Shown: piece after piece, positions 20,186 to 30,877 of the stretch
Numbering within the stretch: the first letter of the stretch is position 1
Layout of the letters: every line of letters begins with the position of its first letter
Notes under the pieces: generated by a model
Seen by the model: the letters and a program-made list of their open reading frames with translations, nothing else
Database searches by the model: none
What the model was told of the DNA's origin: nothing
Position numbers and translations under genes: made by a program
DNA from: Candidatus Woesearchaeota archaeon
Lineage (GTDB): Archaea; Nanobdellota; Nanobdellia; Pacearchaeales; GW2011-AR1
Direction: 5' to 3'
Length of the DNA: 64,000 nucleotides
NCBI GenBank assembly: GCA_964613185.1
Contig: CAZTIP010000002.1
Location: forward strand, 15,757 to 79,756

Positions 20186-20233
20186 AAATTAAAGTAATAA
20201 ATTGGGTTTAAAGGGTTTTCGTTAGGACTATAA

Positions 20234-20869
20234 CTATTCTTCAGAATTATTTCTTGAATTTCCATTATTTTTATCTTCAAAAATTCCGCTTGCAAAATCT
20301 ATAATTCTCATCGTCAGTTCTATTGAAACAATAAATACCAAATAAAGAGGTATATTTGAAAATAATGCTGGAATTTCTCTTAATCTTGAAATTAACATAG
20401 ATATTTGAAAAAATCCAGGTTTTGTTAATGCTATTGCTAATAATGTGAATGGAACCATTTTTGCTAAATCTTTCGCCAAATTTTTGCTAACATAGGATGT
20501 TGTTCTAACTGATGCAACGAGTGCAGTGGTTATTAGAAGTACTGTATTCACTTCAATCCCCTCAGCTAAAATAAGAATTAAAACTGCTAAAATTGAAAAC
20601 CAAAAAAATGTTACTATTGGTAGAAAAATTATGTATTCAATTATATAGAAAATTACTGCAAAGAATTTTACAAGTGTTGGATTTTCATTACGATTATATT
20701 GATTTAAATTTAATTCTATAATATTCTTCTTAGCTAGAAATTGATAGAAGTAGAATATGAAAACAGAGTAAATTACAATTATTGTTGTGAAAAAAAGTAA
20801 AACAAAAATGGTGTTTGATTCTCCACCTAGAAATCCAACTAGATTTTCTAAAATTCTTGACATCACCAT
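20234..20869 (-). CDS. Hypothetical multi-pass membrane protein
   Basis: Several hydrophobic helices. Length is 211 aa. Confidence 0.35.
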   Translation of the reverse strand: MVMSRILENLVGFLGGESNTIFVLLFFTTIIVIYSVFIFYFYQFLAKKNIIELNLNQYNRNENPTLVKFFAVIFYIIEYIIFLPIVTFFWFSILAVLILILAEGIEVNTVLLITTALVASVRTTSYVSKNLAKDLAKMVPFTLLAIALTKPGFFQISMLISRLREIPALFSNIPLYLVFIVSIELTMRIIDFASGIFEDKNNGNSRNNSEE

Positions 20870-20912
20870 AAGTTATTTAGGAAAAGTTTCTTTTTAAATA
20901 TTTTCTAGAAAA

Positions 20913-21344
20913 TTATTCTTTTTTTTCTTCTGTTTCTGAAGATTCTTCTTTTGCAAAAAGTTCTGAAAATTTCTTTGAACCTTCTTTTAATACTTTCATA
21001 TTAATTTGAATCGTGCTTGGGGAAATTTCCTTTCCTCTAACTGTTTTTCTTAATCTGAGTCCTTTTGGTTTTGTGTTTCCGCCCCTTGTTCCTTTTGGCT
21101 TTTTTTTCATCCCTTTTCCATATCCTAAAAGAACTTTTTTTAAATTTGGCCCATCAATTTCTAAAAGTCCTGCGAAACCTGCTTTGTCGGAGGTTCCTGT
21201 AATTTCCAATTCATAACCTTCTAAAGCTTCTTCAATTTCTTTTCCGTCTATTTTTTCACCGATTGAAAGCCCAACTAATTTTTCATCCTCTTTTTCTACC
21301 TTGTAGGTTTTTCCCTTGTGAGAAATATTCATTTTAAATGCCAT
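20913..21344 (-). CDS. rps6e: Ribosomal protein S6e
   Basis: MAFKMNISHKGKTYKVE...GFAGL...KGLRLRKTVRG matches the S6e family. Confidence 0.85.
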   Translation of the reverse strand: MAFKMNISHKGKTYKVEKEDEKLVGLSIGEKIDGKEIEEALEGYELEITGTSDKAGFAGLLEIDGPNLKKVLLGYGKGMKKKPKGTRGGNTKPKGLRLRKTVRGKEISPSTIQINMKVLKEGSKKFSELFAKEESSETEEKKE

Positions 21345-21393
21345 GGTATTTTGTATTTGTGTGGGTTTTTAAGGGTTTTGATGGAGAAATAAA

Positions 21394-21942
21394 TTATAGA
21401 TTTAACATCTTATGATAAACTTTTGAAGTTATATGGCAATCTGCTAATGCATCGTGAGCTTTTGAATAGTCTATATCAAAAAAATTTGAAATTGATTGAA
21501 GATTTGCCCGGAGACTTGAAGGAACCTTTCCCGACCTTTGTAAATTTCTCCATAAATGCATTGTATCAAAAGATTCGTTATGAAATTTAGGAATTGATTC
21601 TCCTTGATCAAATAATGAATTAAGAAATCCCTTGTCAAATTGAATATTGTGACCTACTAAAGGAGTTTCATGAAGGATATTCTTTTCCAAAAATGAATTT
21701 ATTTTTCCACATGCTATTTTTGGATTCACTGCGATTTTATGGTGTTCGTTAATATTTATTTTATTTACCTTTATTGCTTCTGCACTAGTATTATAATTTT
21801 CATGTTTTATAAAAATGTGATTTTCATCTAAGATTTTCAGATGTTGATCATTTATATCTATTAGGAGCATTCCAACTGTAAGCGTTTTATTATATTTTGG
21901 GGAAAGTCCAGTAGTTTCTGTATCAATAACCAATCTCTTCAT
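21394..21942 (-). CDS. DEDDh 3'-5' exonuclease (DnaQ/RNase T-like)
   Basis: Exo I motif VIDTETTGL, plus HNIQFDKGFL and HDALADC. Confidence 0.75.
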   Translation of the reverse strand: MKRLVIDTETTGLSPKYNKTLTVGMLLIDINDQHLKILDENHIFIKHENYNTSAEAIKVNKININEHHKIAVNPKIACGKINSFLEKNILHETPLVGHNIQFDKGFLNSLFDQGESIPKFHNESFDTMHLWRNLQRSGKVPSSLRANLQSISNFFDIDYSKAHDALADCHITSKVYHKMLNL

Positions 21943-22025
21943 TTTGTTTTAGTGACGAGTGAGTATTTAAGAATTGTGATGCTGATTTCAATAATCTTTA
22001 AATACTTTCTAATTTTTTATTTATT

Positions 22026-25000
22026 ATGAAATGGAGAGGGATGTTAGTTGTTTATTTGTTTTTGATAGCGTTGTTTTCGTTTTTTATTTTTTGGGATTAT
22101 GAAGATGTTTTGAGGAACATTGATGACCCTTTAGGCCCAGATTTTTTTGATAGTTCTTCTTCAAGTTCTTCTAATGACGGGGACGATTCTCTTTGTGGGA
22201 ATACTTATTGTGATGATAATGCAGAGGAGGATGGGATTAGTTGCCCTTCGGATTGTGTGACTCAATGTAATGACGGTGTTGATAACGACGGTGATGGTGA
22301 TGTAGATAATTTGGATAGTGGTTGTGTTGATGGAAATGATAACTTGGAATCTACAAGTTCTGGCGGCGGTGGAGGTTCTTCTGGTGGTTCTTCTGGAGGC
22401 GGGGGAAGTTCTGGCGGCGGTTCTTCGGGAGGTGGTTCTCCCTGCGGTAATGGGGTTTGTGATTCTGGAGAAGACCCGTTTAGTTGCTCGGTAGATTGTG
22501 GAACTTTTAGGTGTAGTGATGGATTGGATAATGATGCTGATGGATTGATTGATTTTCCAAATGATACTGCATGTATTGATGGATTTGACGACGTGGAAAC
22601 AGAGTTTGGTTTATTTGAATGTTATGATGGATTAGATAATGATGGGGATAATTTGACAGATTATTCTAATGATTCTGGATGCTTTGATTATTTTGATGAT
22701 AATGAAAGTTTAACTAATTGTAATGATGGTTTAGATAATGATGGTGATGGTTGGGTTGATTTTCCTGCAGATATTGGATGTTTAGATTCTAATGATAATA
22801 ATGAGTCTAATGATTTTACTTCTTTTGAATGTTCAAATGGTGTTGATGATGATTTGGATGGTTTAATTGACGGTTATGACCCTATCTGTTTGATTTGGAA
22901 TGATAGTTCTGAATTTGCTGAATGTAATGATTTGTTAGATAATGATAATGATACATTGATTGATTATCCTGATGATACTGGTTGTTCTGATTTGAATGAT
23001 GATAGTGAAGATGCTGATTGTTCTGATGAATTAGATAACGACGGAGATGGGTGGTTTGATTTCCCTGATGATCCTGGTTGTGATAGTTTAGGAGATGGGA
23101 ATGAGTCTAACGATTTTACTTCTTTCGAATGCTCGGACGGTTCAGATAACGACGGAGATGGTTTAATTGACGGTTATGACCCTATCTGTTTGATTTGGAA
23201 TGACGTTTCTGAAACAGGGGAATGTAATGATTTGGTAGATAACGACGGAGACGGGTGGGTAGATTTGGGAGACCCTGGATGTAATGATGTTAATGTGGTT
23301 AGTGAAGTTAATGGAGATACAGGTTATCAATGTTCTGATGGTTCAGATAATGATGAGGATGGTTTAATTGACGGTTATGATTTAATGTGTAGTTCTCCCA
23401 TAGATAATGACGAATATTCGCAATGTAATGATGGGGTTGATAATGATAATGATACTTTGATTGATTATCCAGATGATACTGGTTGTTCTGATTTGAATGA
23501 TGATAGTGAAAATACGGAGAATAATCAAGGGGGGGATCAAAATTTAATCGCATATTATGATTTTGAGAATGATGTTTTGGATTCTTCTGGAAGTGGTTAT
23601 GATGGGGTAAATAATGGGGGAACTTTTGATGCTGATGCTAAGATTGGAAGTTATTCTTTGGGCTTAGATGGCATTTCTAGTTATGTTTCCTTGCCTTCAA
23701 ATATTGCACTTAATGGAAATCAAGCGACGATTGCTTTCTGGTTTAAGGCTAATGATGTTAATGATTGGGGGAGGTTTATTTCTAAGGCAAATGGTGTTCA
23801 GGATGATAACCATTGGTGGATGATGAGTTTGAATAATGGACAATTAAGAAATCGTTTGAAAACTTTAGGTTCTACTTCTACTTTGAAAGGGGGAAGTTTG
23901 TCGACGGGAATTTGGACTCACGGGGTGATGGTTTATGATGGTTCCGAGGTTAGAATTTATGTTGATGGTTCGCAAGTTGCGATGCAAGTGAAAACAGGAA
24001 CTATTGATGTTGATGATTCTATCGAGGTTTGGATTGGTGCTAATCCAGGAGGGACTGATTATTACGATGGATTGATGGATGATTTGAGAATTTATGATAG
24101 AGTTTTGACTGATGATGAAATTGCAAGTTTGGCTGGGACTTCTTCGAGTGGTTCGACTTGTGGAGATTCTGTTTGTGATGCTGGTGAAAATCCATTTAGT
24201 TGTTCTTCTGATTGTGGAACTTATGTTTGCTCTGATGGATTAGATAACGACGGAGATGGATGGACTGATTTGGCAGACCCTGGTTGTGTTGATGGTTATG
24301 ATACTGACGAGACTAATGGCGATTTAGGTTATCAATGTTCTGATGGTTCAGATAATGATGAGGATGGTTTAATTGATGGAAATGATTTGATGTGTAGTTC
24401 TTGGAATGATAATAGTGAGGCTACTGAATGTTCTGACGGTTTAGATAACGATGGAGATGGATTTTGCGATTGGTCTGGAGGGACTTGCACTGATGGAAGT
24501 GTTCTGGGAGATAGCGATTGTAGTAGTTCTGAAGATAATAGTGAAAGTGGAATTTTGGGATGTCCAAATGGAAAACCTGGGCCGAGTAATACTGGGCCTT
24601 TGACACCTAAAAGTCAATTGACTCAAATGGGAGGCTTAACAATAACTCAGGATAATACGGTTCTTGAAGGTGTTTATATTAATGGAGGAGTAACTATCAA
24701 GGCAGATAATGTCATTATTAGAGATTTTGTAATTGAATGTGGTGATGGGTATACAGGTGCATCGTATTGTGTTAAATCTATCGACGGAGGAAGTGTAACT
24801 CTTGAAGATGGAGAGATATTTGGTGGAATGAGTGCAGCAGTTTATGGGAGTGATTTTATTTTAAGGAGAACTGAAATGCATACTTTAAAAAGTACTGCCT
24901 TGAGGCCCGGATCTAATGTAATTGTTGAGGAAAATTGGATACATCCTCCAATTACCTTTAATGGTGGATCTGAAGTTCAAACCATTTTTTCAGGAGCTAA

Positions 25001-25349
25001 TTCAATTTTTAGATGTAATCATATTGATACTCCTTATGGTTCAAACCCTGGTCAAAGTCTAAGTGTTTCATGTAGCCTTATGAAAACTCGTAATTCAGCT
25101 ATTGATAATATGACTTTTGATTCAAATTGGTGTAATGGAGGGACTTACAGTTATTATGTTAATAGTGATAATTATGGGTGTCCTACCAATATAGCTATTA
25201 AAAATACTCAGTTTGGAAGAAATTATCGGTATGGATTATTATCTTCTAATTGTAATCCATATACTTGTGGAAATGTTTGGGAAGATACTGGAGATTTAGT
25301 TACTAGTGCTAATGGTGGTTGGGATCAAACTAGTGCCGTTTGTTCGTAA
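22026..25349 (+). CDS. Giant secreted surface protein: N-terminal TM/signal, Gly-Ser linker, >10 Cys/Asp-rich repeats, a LamG-like domain and a beta-helix-like C-terminus
   Basis: 1107 aa. The CxDGxDNDxDGxxD repeat recurs throughout (e.g. CSDGLDNDGDGWTD). A LamG/pentraxin-like segment spans SLPSN...WFKAND...RIYDRVLTDDEIASL. Confidence 0.7.
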   Translation: MKWRGMLVVYLFLIALFSFFIFWDYEDVLRNIDDPLGPDFFDSSSSSSSNDGDDSLCGNTYCDDNAEEDGISCPSDCVTQCNDGVDNDGDGDVDNLDSGCVDGNDNLESTSSGGGGGSSGGSSGGGGSSGGGSSGGGSPCGNGVCDSGEDPFSCSVDCGTFRCSDGLDNDADGLIDFPNDTACIDGFDDVETEFGLFECYDGLDNDGDNLTDYSNDSGCFDYFDDNESLTNCNDGLDNDGDGWVDFPADIGCLDSNDNNESNDFTSFECSNGVDDDLDGLIDGYDPICLIWNDSSEFAECNDLLDNDNDTLIDYPDDTGCSDLNDDSEDADCSDELDNDGDGWFDFPDDPGCDSLGDGNESNDFTSFECSDGSDNDGDGLIDGYDPICLIWNDVSETGECNDLVDNDGDGWVDLGDPGCNDVNVVSEVNGDTGYQCSDGSDNDEDGLIDGYDLMCSSPIDNDEYSQCNDGVDNDNDTLIDYPDDTGCSDLNDDSENTENNQGGDQNLIAYYDFENDVLDSSGSGYDGVNNGGTFDADAKIGSYSLGLDGISSYVSLPSNIALNGNQATIAFWFKANDVNDWGRFISKANGVQDDNHWWMMSLNNGQLRNRLKTLGSTSTLKGGSLSTGIWTHGVMVYDGSEVRIYVDGSQVAMQVKTGTIDVDDSIEVWIGANPGGTDYYDGLMDDLRIYDRVLTDDEIASLAGTSSSGSTCGDSVCDAGENPFSCSSDCGTYVCSDGLDNDGDGWTDLADPGCVDGYDTDETNGDLGYQCSDGSDNDEDGLIDGNDLMCSSWNDNSEATECSDGLDNDGDGFCDWSGGTCTDGSVLGDSDCSSSEDNSESGILGCPNGKPGPSNTGPLTPKSQLTQMGGLTITQDNTVLEGVYINGGVTIKADNVIIRDFVIECGDGYTGASYCVKSIDGGSVTLEDGEIFGGMSAAVYGSDFILRRTEMHTLKSTALRPGSNVIVEENWIHPPITFNGGSEVQTIFSGANSIFRCNHIDTPYGSNPGQSLSVSCSLMKTRNSAIDNMTFDSNWCNGGTYSYYVNSDNYGCPTNIAIKNTQFGRNYRYGLLSSNCNPYTCGNVWEDTGDLVTSANGGWDQTSAVCS

Positions 25350-25389
25350 TTTTATTTTTTTGGGAAGTTTTAAATAATCGTTTTGTGAT

Positions 25390-27093
25390 TTGAGTTCTAT
25401 GGCTGTTAAAGAAAAAAGATTGATAACTGCAGCGTTGCCTTACATAAATAATGTACCTCATCTTGGACATATTGCCGGATCTCATTTACCTGCAGATATT
25501 TTTGCAAGATATTGTCGTTCTAAGGGTTACGAAACTCTTTTTATAGGGGGGACTGATGAAAATGGTTCTGCTTCTGAAATTGCCGCAAGTCAAATTGGTA
25601 TTGATTTGAAAATTTTTTCTACGAGACTTTACAAAGAACATAAAAAAATTTATGATTGGTTTGGAATTTCTTACGATAATTTTTCTAGAACTACAAAAAA
25701 AATTCATCATGATATGGTAAAGGATTTTTTTGATAAACTCAATACGAATGGTTTTGTTAAAGAAAGAATTTCGAAAGTTTTTTATTCTTCTAATGAAAAA
25801 AGATTTTTGGCAGATAGATATATCGTCGGAGAATGTCCTAAATGCGGATATTCAGATGCAAATGGGGATCAGTGTGAGAAGTGTACTTCTATTTTGGATT
25901 CCCTTGAACTTTTGAACCCTCGTTCCAAAATTTCTGGAGGGAAATTAGAAATTAAAGAAACAAATCATCTTTTTTTATCTTTAGATAAATTATCTCCTAA
26001 ATTGAAATCATGGATTAGTTCTCAAAAAGAATGGAGATCTCAGGTAAAAAATCTTGCTCTTGGATGGATTAAAGAAGGTTTGAAGGAAAGGGGGATTACA
26101 AGGGATTTGCATCATGGTGTTAAAATTCCTCTGAAGAATTATAGGAATAAAGTTTTTTATGTTTGGTTTGATGCACCTATTGGTTATGTTTCTTTTACAA
26201 AAGAGATTAGAGAAGATTGGAAAAAATTTTGGACAGGAAATGGAAAAGTTTACAATTTTTTAGGCAAGGATAACATCCCATTTCATACTATTTTTTGGCC
26301 GGCAGTAATTATGGGAAGTGAAAAAGTTAATCTTCCTTCGAAAGTTGTTGGATTACAATTTTTAAATTATGAAGGTAAGAAATTTTCTAAAAGTAAACAG
26401 GTCGGAGTTTTTTGTGAAAAATTACCTCAACTTGAACTTAGTCCAGATATTTGGAGGTCTTATTTGACTCTGATAATGCCCGAATCTAATGACTCTGAGT
26501 TTAAATGGAAAGATTTTCGAGAACGAACAAATGCAGATTTAATCGGAAATTATGGAAATTATGTTAATAGAATTATTAAATTTGTGAATGTAAATTTTGA
26601 TGGGAAATTATCTAAGCCTTCTAAATCCAAAATAACTGAAATGGATTCTAAATTGATTAAGTTAATTTCTGAAACGAAGAAAAAAATTGAAGTTTATCTT
26701 GAAAATTCCGAATTGAGAAAAGCCTATCTTGAAGTTTTAAATTTGTGTAGTGCCGGAAATAAATATATTAATGATGCTGAACCTTGGAAAGTTATAAAAG
26801 AAGATTCCCAACGAGCAAATGATATTTATTATACAGGAGCATTATTGTTAAAAGCTGTTTCTGTTTTTTCTGCCCCTTTTCTCCCTAAGGTTTCCTTAGA
26901 GGTTTGGAAACAATTAGGACTTGAAGGAAGTCCACTTGATCATGGAATTTGGAATTCAGTTTTAATGGATTTTGGAAATGAACATTCTTTCGGAAAATCT
27001 AAAATTTTATTTAATAAGATAGGTGATGAAGATGTTAAAAAATATCGTGAAGAAGTTAGTAATGGAATTGATTTGAAAGGGTTTTTTAAGTGA
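25390..27093 (+). CDS. metG: Methionyl-tRNA synthetase
   Basis: HIGH-like HLGHIAGS, KMSKS-like KFSKSK, and a zinc knuckle CPKCGY...CEKC. The likely true start is the ATG at 25399. Confidence 0.9.
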   Translation: MSSMAVKEKRLITAALPYINNVPHLGHIAGSHLPADIFARYCRSKGYETLFIGGTDENGSASEIAASQIGIDLKIFSTRLYKEHKKIYDWFGISYDNFSRTTKKIHHDMVKDFFDKLNTNGFVKERISKVFYSSNEKRFLADRYIVGECPKCGYSDANGDQCEKCTSILDSLELLNPRSKISGGKLEIKETNHLFLSLDKLSPKLKSWISSQKEWRSQVKNLALGWIKEGLKERGITRDLHHGVKIPLKNYRNKVFYVWFDAPIGYVSFTKEIREDWKKFWTGNGKVYNFLGKDNIPFHTIFWPAVIMGSEKVNLPSKVVGLQFLNYEGKKFSKSKQVGVFCEKLPQLELSPDIWRSYLTLIMPESNDSEFKWKDFRERTNADLIGNYGNYVNRIIKFVNVNFDGKLSKPSKSKITEMDSKLIKLISETKKKIEVYLENSELRKAYLEVLNLCSAGNKYINDAEPWKVIKEDSQRANDIYYTGALLLKAVSVFSAPFLPKVSLEVWKQLGLEGSPLDHGIWNSVLMDFGNEHSFGKSKILFNKIGDEDVKKYREEVSNGIDLKGFFK

Positions 27094-27201
27094 ATATAAA
27101 TATTTTTAAATGTTTGATTTCTATTTGTTTTGTTTAGTGGGGGTAGTCCAGTTACACGATGTAAAATCGTTTCAAAAACAACCCATGTTAAAACAAAAAC
27201 C

Positions 27202-27272
27202 GCGTGGGTAGTTTAGTGGCAGAATATGACGTTGCCAACGTTGTGACCCGGGTTCGAATCCCGGCTCGCGCA
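27202..27272 (+). tRNA. tRNA-Gly(GCC)
   Basis: GCGTGGGTAGTTTAGTGGCAGAATATGACGTTGCCAACGTTGTGACCCGGGTTCGAATCCCGGCTCGCGCA. The acceptor stem pairs with two G-U wobbles. The anticodon loop is TTGCCAA and the T-arm is CCGGG-TTCGAAT-CCCGG. Confidence 0.75.
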
Positions 27273-27364
27273 TTTTTGATTTGATTGTTCGAATTGCCCG
27301 AAGGGTATGCAGTTTACTGCCGAGGCTCGCGCATTTTTGATTTTATTTTTAAAATTATTTAAAA

Positions 27365-28954
27365 TTAATCATAACCTTTCATTGAATTTAAGTTCCCTGA
27401 ATTTCCTTCATTTTTTTTTGCTGCGATTACATCATCAATTCTTAAAATCATTATCGACACTTCACTTGCTGATGAAATTGCTTGCGTTTTTATTTTTAGA
27501 GGTTCTATTACTCCTGCTCTTAATGTGTCCTCGATTTTCCCAGTTAGTAAATTTAATCCGATGTTTTGATTGTTTTCATCATGGTTTGTTTTGAGTTCTG
27601 TTAAAACATCTAAAGGGTCCATTCCCGCATTTTCTGCCAGTGTCCTTGGAATAAATTCCATTGCAGAGGCAAATTCCTCGACAGCTAATCTTTCTCTTCC
27701 CTTTAATGTCGATGCAAATTCTCTTATTCTTTTTGATAGTTCCATTTCTATTGCCCCACCTCCTGCAACAATTTTTGAATCTTTTAGAGTAGTTGAAACT
27801 CCTCCTAATGCATCGTCCATTGCCCTTTCTATTTCTGAAATAATGTGGTCTGTCCCTCCTCTTATTAAAATAGTTAATGCTTTCGGATTTTTACATCCTG
27901 TAATATATGTCATCGATTCTTCACCTGTTCTTTTTTCTTCTACTGAATTTGCAAACCCCAAATCTTCATTATGCAATTCGTTTAATTTTGAAATTATCTT
28001 TCCACCTGTTGCCTTGGATATAGATTCTAAATCTTTTTTTGAAATTCTTTTTACTGCATAAATTCCTTCTTTTGCTAGATAAAATGAAATTAGTTCATCA
28101 ATTCCTCTTTGAACAAAAACTACATTTGCTCCAGATTCTTTTATTTTTTCTACTTTTGATTTTAAAATTACTTCTTCTTGATTTAGGAAATTTTGTAATT
28201 GTTCAGGAGAGGATACAGATATTTTTGCATCCATTTCAGGAGTTCTTATTTCTAAAGCCTCTTCTATTAATGCGATTTTTGCCTCTTTTATTTTTGAAGG
28301 CATTTCTTTTGAAGTTTTTTCTAAATCTAAAACAATTCCCTTTATCAGCTCTGTTTTTTCTAATGATTTTCCTTTTTTCTTTTCAATTTTTATATTTTCT
28401 AATTCTACATTCCCATTCTCTGCAATGATTTCAATAGCATTTACAATTATTTCTCCAAATTTTTCTTTTAAATGTTCTGCCCCCTTTCCTGTCATTGCAG
28501 TTTGAGCAATTTTTATTAATTCTTCTCGCGAATCAATTTCAACTGAAATTTCTTTTAGTATTTTTTGAGATTGTTCTTCGGCCCATCTGTAACCTCTAGT
28601 GATAATAGTTGGATGAATTTTTTGATCTAATAATTTTTCTGCATTTTCTAATAATTTCCCTGCCAACATTACTGCAGTTGTTGTCCCATCTCCTACCTCT
28701 TTTTCTTGTGTTTTTGAAATTTCTATAATCATCTTTGCAGTTGGATGTTCTACTTCCATTTGTTCTAAAATTGTAACTCCATCGTTTGTTACAGTAACAT
28801 TTCCTACCCTGTCCACTAGCATCTTATCCATCCCTTTTGGCCCAAGAGTTGTTTTTACAGTTTCTGCAATTACTCTTGCAGCTAAAATATTATTTCTTTG
28901 GGCATCTTTTCCAATCATTCGATTGTCTTCTTCCGAGAAAATTTTTTCAGTCAT
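27365..28954 (-). CDS. ths: Thermosome subunit (group II chaperonin)
   Basis: [15 protein letters not shown] and the equatorial/apical domain pattern. Length is 529 aa. Confidence 0.9.
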   Translation of the reverse strand: MTEKIFSEEDNRMIGKDAQRNNILAARVIAETVKTTLGPKGMDKMLVDRVGNVTVTNDGVTILEQMEVEHPTAKMIIEISKTQEKEVGDGTTTAVMLAGKLLENAEKLLDQKIHPTIITRGYRWAEEQSQKILKEISVEIDSREELIKIAQTAMTGKGAEHLKEKFGEIIVNAIEIIAENGNVELENIKIEKKKGKSLEKTELIKGIVLDLEKTSKEMPSKIKEAKIALIEEALEIRTPEMDAKISVSSPEQLQNFLNQEEVILKSKVEKIKESGANVVFVQRGIDELISFYLAKEGIYAVKRISKKDLESISKATGGKIISKLNELHNEDLGFANSVEEKRTGEESMTYITGCKNPKALTILIRGGTDHIISEIERAMDDALGGVSTTLKDSKIVAGGGAIEMELSKRIREFASTLKGRERLAVEEFASAMEFIPRTLAENAGMDPLDVLTELKTNHDENNQNIGLNLLTGKIEDTLRAGVIEPLKIKTQAISSASEVSIMILRIDDVIAAKKNEGNSGNLNSMKGYD

Positions 28955-29089
28955 ATTTTGAGAAGAATTATTCTGTTTATAATAATTATTGTTATCTAAA
29001 ATACGTTTTAATTAAAATAATTTTATGTTGTGAAGAGAAATGATATAATAAATCATCTAAATCTTTATTAATCTTTTTTTCAAATTTAG

Positions 29090-29440
29090 TTGATGGCTAG
29101 GACGTTATCTCTTTTAGATAGGCTTAATCGAGCCTTGCCAACTTCAACTTCAGATACTGAAACTGAAGAAATTTATGCATTGTTTTATCGAATAGGTTTT
29201 AATGTCACTGAAATGAATTTTGAAAATTTTTATGAGGATTTGAAAAATCAAAATCTTTCTCCATTAGAAGGTTCTGAAAAAACTAGTTATAATGTTGATG
29301 AGATTAATTTTGGAAAGAAATTATCTGAATTGTTGGGAGATATTGAATTTCCAGATTCTGATGAAAAACATTTTGGTGCTAAATATAAAAGAGCGAGGAA
29401 TAGGGAATTTAATTTGTTAAAAAAATTCTATAGGGATTGA
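29090..29440 (+). CDS. Hypothetical protein, translationally coupled to the PhoH-like ATPase
   Basis: 116 aa. It overlaps the next ORF by 4 nt. Confidence 0.3.
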   Translation: MMARTLSLLDRLNRALPTSTSDTETEEIYALFYRIGFNVTEMNFENFYEDLKNQNLSPLEGSEKTSYNVDEINFGKKLSELLGDIEFPDSDEKHFGAKYKRARNREFNLLKKFYRD

Positions 29441-30819
29441 TGGGTTTTAAAAATTATAAGGTGGAATTAGATGTTTTGGCATCTTCTGGAGAAGATGGCT
29501 TAAAAAAATTGGCTTCAAATAAAAATATAGTTTATATTGATTTTTTAGAGTTGGAAAAGGTTGCAGGAGATAGGAAACATCCACTTTGTTATGAGATTGG
29601 ATCTTTTTTAGATTTTACAAATAAAATTATTGGTGAAGGAGGGATTGCTCAACTTCCTTCTTATGGCCGAATTTCAGGAGAATCCCCTCCAGAAAATTCT
29701 ATTTATATTACTCGTTCTCCTTCTAAAACTTCAAAACTTAAAAGAGAAGGTAAATCTGTTGATTTCCCAGATTTTTTAAGGTATTCTTCTGAATTTCTTA
29801 AATCAGGATTATTAGAAGGAAATTATGGTGAATTAAAGAATATTAATCTTGAAAAACTTATGGAAGTTAATAATTGGGGGGATGAAGATATTTTTAATAA
29901 TCAGTATGTTTGTGTGAATAACCAATTAGTTTATTTGATTAATCAAAATTTAAAACCAAATAAGGAACATACACGACATGTTGGTTTTGGAAAATTTAAA
30001 TTATTTCCTGTTGATCGAAATCCTAAAAATGTTAAATCAAAATTGACTGGCTTTTACCCTAAAAACCTTGAACAATTGCTCGCTTTTAATTTGGCTAAAA
30101 GAAGTGATGTAGAAGTTTCATTTATTACTGGTGGTTCTGGTTCAGGAAAATCTGTTGTTGCTTATGCTGCTGCTCTTGAAATGATTTTAGGAAATGAAAA
30201 TCAAAAAAGAGGAAAGGGAAATCTTAAAGAAAAAATTATATTTTTTAAACCGAATAATCTTATTGGTGGAAAAATGAGAGATATTGGTTTTCTCCCAGGA
30301 ACTGCGTTTGAAAAAATCTATCCTATAATGCGAAGTTTTGAGGATGCTCATGATCTTTGTGGAATTAATCAACAAAAAATGCCGTTTAAAGAAATGCTTT
30401 ATCATCCTCAACGAAGTTTGGATAGTGGTTTTGAGATAAGAAAAAATCATAAGATTGGATTGTATTGCCTTCCTGAAAAATCGAATGCTATTGAAATTGA
30501 ACATTTACAATTTGGAAGGGGGAGAACTTTTACGAATAAAGTTATATTCATTGATGAAGCTCAAAATTATACTCCTTATGAAATGAAACAACTTGTTGAA
30601 AGGGTTGGGAGTGGAAGTAAATTATTGATAGTTGGAGACCCTGAACAGGTAGATGGTAGCCAAAATGATTTAAGTTCCGAATTTAATGGTTTGTTGTGGG
30701 CTGCGAAAGCTTTTAGAAATAGCAGTCATCCTGGAGTCTCGTTTATGCATTTAGATCAAAATTTTAGATCTCAGGCAGCTGAAGTTATGAGAAGGGTTAA
30801 TGCCCCAAGAACTTATTGA
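29437..30819 (+). CDS. PhoH-like ATPase with a ~200-aa N-terminal extension
   Basis: Walker A ITGGSGSGKSVVA, and IFIDEAQNYTP...LIVGDPEQVD, which matches the PhoH signature. Confidence 0.7.
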   Translation: MMGFKNYKVELDVLASSGEDGLKKLASNKNIVYIDFLELEKVAGDRKHPLCYEIGSFLDFTNKIIGEGGIAQLPSYGRISGESPPENSIYITRSPSKTSKLKREGKSVDFPDFLRYSSEFLKSGLLEGNYGELKNINLEKLMEVNNWGDEDIFNNQYVCVNNQLVYLINQNLKPNKEHTRHVGFGKFKLFPVDRNPKNVKSKLTGFYPKNLEQLLAFNLAKRSDVEVSFITGGSGSGKSVVAYAAALEMILGNENQKRGKGNLKEKIIFFKPNNLIGGKMRDIGFLPGTAFEKIYPIMRSFEDAHDLCGINQQKMPFKEMLYHPQRSLDSGFEIRKNHKIGLYCLPEKSNAIEIEHLQFGRGRTFTNKVIFIDEAQNYTPYEMKQLVERVGSGSKLLIVGDPEQVDGSQNDLSSEFNGLLWAAKAFRNSSHPGVSFMHLDQNFRSQAAEVMRRVNAPRTY

Positions 30820-30877
30820 TTATTACTACCCAAAAAAAGTTATAAAATTATTTAAAGAATAGACTCCTTTTTTTTGT

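Noticed and set aside
22354-22440. GGC/GGT-rich tandem-like DNA and the 21-24-nt tandem repeats at 42809-42871 and 52247-52294, considered as possible CRISPR or satellite arrays
   Set aside because: All lie inside long ORFs. They encode a Gly-Ser linker, RGRSQGN repeats and ESSETEK repeats. There are no spacer-repeat alternations and no cas genes.
27307-27594. 95-aa plus-strand ORF
   Set aside because: It runs antisense to the thermosome 3' end and across the duplicated tRNA-Gly trailer. Its composition is Leu/Phe-rich low complexity, as expected from AT-rich antisense sequence.
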